Shown here: positions 58,450 to 64,000 of the stretch, one piece after another
How positions within the stretch are numbered: position 1 is the stretch's first letter
Layout: every line of letters starts with the position of its first letter
Assembly (NCBI GenBank): GCA_965218585.1
Contig: CBDCLE010000005.1
Location: 1-64,000 of the forward strand
DNA from: Terriglobia bacterium
Lineage (GTDB): Bacteria; Acidobacteriota; Terriglobia; 20CM-2-55-15
Direction of reading: 5' to 3'
DNA length: 64,000 nucleotides
Position numbers and translations under genes: made by a program
Notes under the pieces: generated by a model
What the model saw: the letters and a program-made list of their open reading frames with translations, nothing else
Told to the model about the DNA's origin: nothing
The model's database searches: none

Positions 58450-61400
58450 ATGCACCGCCTGGCAACCTCTCCCTTGGCCGAGGCACGGCTTCGCTTCGCC
58501 CGAGACGCTCTGAACAAACTGGGTAGCTTCCCCGAAGTCGTCATTCTGACGCCTACGAGGGCCGCGGGCGACGACTTCGTCCGGACCTATGGTCCAAAGC
58601 CGGGTCGTGGCGGTCTTCACCGCCTAACGTTGCCCCAGCTTGCGCTGGAACTGGGAGTCTGGGCCCTGGCCGATCGTGGACTCACTCCTGTTAGCGGAGT
58701 CGCGATTGAGGCGCTGATCGCCCGAACTGCGTATCTGTCTACACGGCAGAACCCACTGGATTACTTCGAACCGGTATCCGATACAGTCGGTTTTGTCCGC
58801 GCCCTTGGACGAACAATCTCCGAGTTGCGGTTGGAGGGTGTTTCGCCCGAACAGGTCGAACATCTTGGGCCTTCAGGAAACGATCTGGCTACGCTGCTCA
58901 GACGCTACGAGGCCGAACTCGAAGAAGGTCGGCTGGCAGACGCTCAAACGATTTACAGCGCGGCCCTCGACGGTCTGTCGAGCGGAGCGTCTCCTCTCGG
59001 TACCTGCCCGGTAATTCTGATCGACGTGGGTTTACGAACGGGGGCCGAAACCAGCTTCGTGTCCGGTTTGGCCAGCCACTCTCCGGAAATCATTGCGGTG
59101 GGTCTCCCTCAAGCAGGTGATGGACTCGAACGGCTGGAAATGGCGATCGGGGTCAAACACGAAGTCCTTCCCGAAGAAGCCACAGACCAGGCGCTATCTC
59201 GTGTTCGCCGCTACGCGTTTCAAACAGAGACACCTCCCGAAACCGAATCCGATTCCAGCGTTGTCTTCTTCTCGGCCACCGACGAGGGCCGAGAGTCGAT
59301 CGAGATCGCCCGTCTCATCCAGATCGCATCTGCGGATCACGCTGTCCGGTTCAATGACGTCGCCATCCTGCTTCGGAACCCAAACACGTATCAACCTCTG
59401 GTCGAAGATGCTTTGGGACGTGCAGGCATTCCAGCCTATTACACACGCGGCAGCCGGCGGCCGAATCCATCCGGACGGGCATTCCTGGCGTTACTTTCAT
59501 GTCGCGTGGAAGGGCTCTCTGCTTCCCGTTTCGCCGAGTACCTTTCGCTCGGGCAGGTCCCGATCCCCGACAAAAAGGGGGCCCCTCCCGAAGTTGAGGT
59601 CCGGTGGACGCCTCCTCAGGGAGAACTTTTTTCCACCGCTGATCCGACGCTCGTCTCTCTGATTGACGACGCGAAAGAATCCGTGCCGGCTACAGAGGAT
59701 TCACCGGTCGTCGCCGGTAGCCTGCAGGCACCATTCAACTGGGAACGGCTTCTGGTGGACGCTGCCGTGATCGGAGGGTACGACCGATGGAGCAAGCGAT
59801 TGGGAAGACTCGAGAAGGAACTGACGAAGCAGATAGAGGAAATCACCGGCGAAGAAGAGGTCCGCCGTGAATACATCGAAAAACAGCGCACGCGCCTCAC
59901 GCATCTCACGCGGTTTGCTTTGCCGGTCGTCGATCTTCTCGACAACCTACCACAGACAGCACACTGGAAAGAATGGTTAGATGCTCTCGACAACCTCGCT
60001 GCACGGACCCTCCGACATCCAACACATGTACTGGCAGTCCTGGCAGAGCTTCGTCCGATGGGTGAGGTCGGACCCGTCACAGTCGACGAGGTTGTCCAGG
60101 TTCTAACAGCCCGGCTCAGCTTTCTGAGAGACGAGCCCCTGGACCGGCGATACGGAAAGGTTTTCGTCGCGACCATCAGTGAAGCGGCAGGTCGAAAGTT
60201 CGATCACGTTTTTCTGCCTGGAGTCTCTGAAGGTGTCTTTCCACGCAAGGCTCTTGAAGATCCCCTTCTTCTGGATGAGTTTCGCCGAGAACTGGATTCG
60301 CCTCTTCAGACCGAGGACGATCGCGTACGCGAGGAAAGGTTTCTGCTTCATATCGCCGCGGGGGCCGCCGTCAAGCGCCTCTTTGTTTCCTACCCGCGCA
60401 TGGATGTCGGCCAGGGACGTGGGCGAGTCCCGTCCTTTTACGCGCTCGATGTTCTGCGCGCCGCCGAAGGCCGTATTCCGGATTTGGGTGAGTTGGAACG
60501 ACGCGCGAGGGAAACCGCCATGTCGCGACTTGGATGGCCATCTCCGAACGACCCATCCGATGCGGTGGACGACGCTGAGTACGATCTGGCAACGATCGGA
60601 GCACTGGGTCATCAGCCGCGAGCCAAACTACTGGGACGGGGGCGTTATTTGTTGGATACCAATCCCGCACTGGCCCGCTCACTCCGGGCCCGAGCCAGGC
60701 GCTGGCGCAATTTCTGGTCCGAAGTTGACGGCGTTATAGATCCCGACTCGGAGACGCTCGCCGCACTCACCCCGCATCACACCCGAAACCGGAGCTATTC
60801 GCCAACTGCACTTCAGCAGTTCGCAGCATGTCCCTATCGTTTCCTCCTGTACGCGATTCACAGACTCCACCCCCGGGAAGAGGCCGCAACGATTGAACAA
60901 CTGGATCCATTGACGAGGGGCAGTCTCTTCCACGCTGTCCAGTTCCGTTTGCTGTCCACACTGCGGGAGGACGGCCTTCTTCCCGTCGTTCCTCGGAACC
61001 TGCAAGCCGTCCGTTCGGTTGCGGACAGAATCTTAAACGAAGCCGCCGCCGAATATCAGGAAGACCTCGCGCCCGCCATTGTCAGAATCTGGAACAGTGA
61101 GATTGAGGATCTCAGAACTGATCTCGGCGGATGGCTTGGCCAGCGATCCCAGATGGATCAGGAATGGGTTCCGACCTATTTTGAGTTCGCATTCGGTCTC
61201 TCAAGAGATCAGGAACGCGATCCGGCGAGCCGCGACGAAGCAGTAAACATACTCGACGGAGTGCGACTTCGCGGTTCCATCGACTTGATCGAAGAGCATG
61301 ACACCAACGGCTTCCTCAGGATCGTCGACCACAAGACGGGGCGTGCCCTGTCGGGAAACATCGTATCAACCGGAGCGGGAGAAATTCTCCAACCTATGCT

Positions 61401-61710
61401 CTACGCCCTGGCAGCAGAAGCGCTGCTTGGAAAAACCGTCGCTGCATCCGAACTCTCGTTCTGCACTCAACGAGGTGATTTTAGTCGTGTGGAAGTGGAA
61501 GTGAACGACGGTTCACGAAGCGACATCGATCAGACAGTTCGATTGATCGAGAAGTCCATTGAGGATGGATTCTTCCCTGCCGCTCCACGACCCGGAGCCT
61601 GCAACTACTGCGACTATCGGCTCATATGCGGCCCTTATGAAGAACTGCGCACGGGGAGAAAGAAGAAGGACCGTCTGGAGCAACTCAATAAACTGCGGCA
61701 GATGCCATGA
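58450..61710 (+). CDS. addB: AddB-like PD-(D/E)xK nuclease subunit
   Basis: Inactive-helicase-like body; SPTALQQFAACPY, RGSLFH, LRGSIDLI, IVDHKTG, C-terminal CNYCDY..IC. Confidence 0.8.
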   Translation: MHRLATSPLAEARLRFARDALNKLGSFPEVVILTPTRAAGDDFVRTYGPKPGRGGLHRLTLPQLALELGVWALADRGLTPVSGVAIEALIARTAYLSTRQNPLDYFEPVSDTVGFVRALGRTISELRLEGVSPEQVEHLGPSGNDLATLLRRYEAELEEGRLADAQTIYSAALDGLSSGASPLGTCPVILIDVGLRTGAETSFVSGLASHSPEIIAVGLPQAGDGLERLEMAIGVKHEVLPEEATDQALSRVRRYAFQTETPPETESDSSVVFFSATDEGRESIEIARLIQIASADHAVRFNDVAILLRNPNTYQPLVEDALGRAGIPAYYTRGSRRPNPSGRAFLALLSCRVEGLSASRFAEYLSLGQVPIPDKKGAPPEVEVRWTPPQGELFSTADPTLVSLIDDAKESVPATEDSPVVAGSLQAPFNWERLLVDAAVIGGYDRWSKRLGRLEKELTKQIEEITGEEEVRREYIEKQRTRLTHLTRFALPVVDLLDNLPQTAHWKEWLDALDNLAARTLRHPTHVLAVLAELRPMGEVGPVTVDEVVQVLTARLSFLRDEPLDRRYGKVFVATISEAAGRKFDHVFLPGVSEGVFPRKALEDPLLLDEFRRELDSPLQTEDDRVREERFLLHIAAGAAVKRLFVSYPRMDVGQGRGRVPSFYALDVLRAAEGRIPDLGELERRARETAMSRLGWPSPNDPSDAVDDAEYDLATIGALGHQPRAKLLGRGRYLLDTNPALARSLRARARRWRNFWSEVDGVIDPDSETLAALTPHHTRNRSYSPTALQQFAACPYRFLLYAIHRLHPREEAATIEQLDPLTRGSLFHAVQFRLLSTLREDGLLPVVPRNLQAVRSVADRILNEAAAEYQEDLAPAIVRIWNSEIEDLRTDLGGWLGQRSQMDQEWVPTYFEFAFGLSRDQERDPASRDEAVNILDGVRLRGSIDLIEEHDTNGFLRIVDHKTGRALSGNIVSTGAGEILQPMLYALAAEALLGKTVAASELSFCTQRGDFSRVEVEVNDGSRSDIDQTVRLIEKSIEDGFFPAAPRPGACNYCDYRLICGPYEELRTGRKKKDRLEQLNKLRQMP

Positions 61711-64000
61711 CACGCGAATCACAATCCACCGACGGGGAGGCCCGAACCCGCATACGAACCTCTCTTGACGAGAATCTGATTGTCGAAGCTGCTGCCGGCA
61801 CCGGCAAAACGTCGGAACTCGTACGCCGAATCGTTGCCGTTCTCGAAAACGGTAAGACCACTGTGGATCGAATTGTCGCCGTTACCTTCACCCGAAAAGC
61901 AGCCGGCGAACTGAAGCTCCGACTGAGGCAAGAACTGGACAAAAGACGCTTTGACAACAGGAACCCTCGGGAAAAGGGACGTCTCGAAGATGCCATGGTG
62001 CGGTTGGAAGAAGCACACATCGGAACGATTCACTCCTTCTGCGCCGATATTCTTCGCGAACGGCCGGTCGAAGCCAATATCCAGCCGGGCTTTGAGGAAC
62101 TCGATGAAAAGGAATCGCCTCGACTCTTTAAAAAAGTCTTCGATCGATGGGCCCAGGAAGTCATGGACGACCCACCGCCGGGAATACGACGGGCCCTGGG
62201 GCGGGCCGCCACCTGGAATTCAAAACGGACACCGCTCGAACAGGTCCGGAGTGCGGCATGGCGACTGGTCGAATGGCGTGATTTCCCTGCATCCTGGCGC
62301 CGTGAATCGATGGAGCGAGAGAAGGAGATCGACCGAATCGTCAATCAAGTCATCGAAGTCGCCACTATGGCCTCAACATGTCCCAATCCTCGGGACGCTC
62401 TGCGAGTAGCGTTGAACAGTACGGTCGACTTCAGAAACCATATAGATCGAACCGAGGCCGTGCGGAGCCGCGATTACGACGACCTTGAAGCGATCGTCGT
62501 CCGACTCTCGGGCGATCTGACTCGTAATAAGCGAAAGGGCCGGGGGAAATTCTCCGAAGCCCACTCGCGGGTTGAAGTTCTGGAGAAACGCGAAACGTTG
62601 CGGCAGGCGCTCGAGGATTTCAAGACTCGGGCGGACGCCGACCTGGCCGCGCTTTTGCGCGACGAACTCTGGACACTGGTCGATCGTTATGACACCGCGA
62701 AACTGAGCGCTGGAAAGCTGGATTTCGTCGACCTCCTGATTTCCACGCGCAACATGGTTCGAGACAACCCTGCAGTTCGCAACTTTCTCCAGCAACGCTT
62801 CACGCATATTTTCGTCGACGAGTTTCAGGACACCGATCCGCTCCAGGCAGAGATTCTCCTCCTGCTCGCTGCCCACGACCCGAACACGACAGACTGGACG
62901 CGTGTCACGCCGGTTGAGGGGAAACTCTTCCTGGTCGGAGATCCGAAGCAGTCGATCTATCGATTTCGGAGGGCTGACGTAGCACTCTACGGTGCACTGT
63001 GTGAACGACTGACGGCTGAAGGCGTAAGCGTGATCTATCTGACACGCAGCTTCCGGGCAGTCGGAAACATCCAGTGCCTGGTGAATGTCGCCTTCGAGGA
63101 AGAAATGAACGGCGACCCCAGAACAGGCCAACCCTCTTACATACCGCTGGAGGAACACTCCGGCCCCATTGCTGGGCACCAGCCGTACTCCTACGGGTGG
63201 AACGGGTCACCAAAAAGGCCGTCAACAAGTCTCTGCCGTCAGCTGTCGGAGCGTTCGTTCAATGGTTGCTTGAAGAGAGCGGTTGGCGCGTGCGTGATCC
63301 CCTCCGAGAGAATTCCGAAGTCCCGATAGATTCCCGGCATGTATGCGTTTTATTTCGAAGATTCATGTCGTGGGGAGAGGACATCACCCGCAGTTATGTG
63401 AACGCCTTCGAAACACGGAACGTTCCCCATCTTCTGTGGGGAGCCCGCTCCTTTCATCAACGTGAAGAAGTCGAGACGATCCGAGCGGCATTGACGGCCA
63501 TCGAGTGGCCCGACGACGAACTTTCTGTCTACGCCACACTCAAAGGCTCGCTCTTTGCCATTACGGATGCGCTCCTGGTTCGTTACCGGCATGAAGTCGG
63601 CCATCTTCGTCCCGTCCGTCGCCCTTCGGGCGACACCGACCCGATATTCGATCCGGTAAACGAAGCGCTCGATACACTGGCAGATCTCCACAAGAAACGT
63701 AACTGGCAGCCCTTTGTCGAAACCATCAATGAGTTGCTGGAGGCGACTCGGGCACACGCGGGGTTCGCGCTCCGTCCCGCCGGAAACCAGGTCCTGGCCA
63801 ATGTATATCGCGTCGCCGATCTGGCGCGAGCGTTCGAAGCCCGGGGAGGCGCCTCATTTCGAGGTTTCGTAGATCAACTGACAGTCGAGGCACAGACTGA
63901 AGACGCCGCAGAGTCCCCCGTACTGGAAGAAGGCGCCGAGGGCGTACGCATCATGACAGTGCATGCAGCCAAAGGTCTCGAGTTTCCTGTCGTCATCCTT
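61707..64000 (+). pseudogene. addA: AddA-like UvrD helicase/nuclease, frameshifted near 63175-63205, runs off the window
   Basis: AAAGTGKT, TFTRKAA, VDEFQD, VGDPKQSIYRFR; after the shift VCVLFRRF...MTVHAAKGLEFPVV. Confidence 0.85.

Overview
About 64 kb of a GC-rich bacterial chromosome. Gene content suggests Acidobacteriota (inference from DUF6152, DUF5916, Ser/Thr kinase-TPR genes and the futalosine-pathway gene mqnD). A housekeeping backbone (xseB-ispA-tlyA-nadK, etfAB, modABC, aspartokinase, class II nrdJ, panBC, trxA, purA, addAB-like, tRNA-Arg, tRNA-Lys) is interrupted by many IS elements: 2 IS1595, 3 IS256, 1 intact IS110/IS1111 and 2 IS1111 end remnants. Several genes carry fresh-looking disruptions. 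Features the ORF track does not show: (1) a ~95-bp conserved non-coding element in three copies, each upstream of an accessory gene, with a CTA(A/G)-N9-TTAG variable-spacer core, a GTTRRRY motif and hairpins, and with IS1111 ends abutting its TCAAGTCCTG motif twice; (2) an IS1111-type element whose ends, TAG core, circle-junction promoter and a target-matching segment in its 3' non-coding region can all be read from the sequence; (3) a UGA-containing DsbA/FrnE-type selenoprotein candidate; (4) a volactin/Mad28-like actin convergent with a bactofilin, plus two related coiled-coil proteins; (5) a four-copy structured repeat with compensatory base changes; (6) a candidate ~76-nt CCUCC sRNA; (7) sigma-28 promoters in front of two small ORFs; (8) frequent leaderless starts. 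All product calls come from motif recognition by eye, not database searches.
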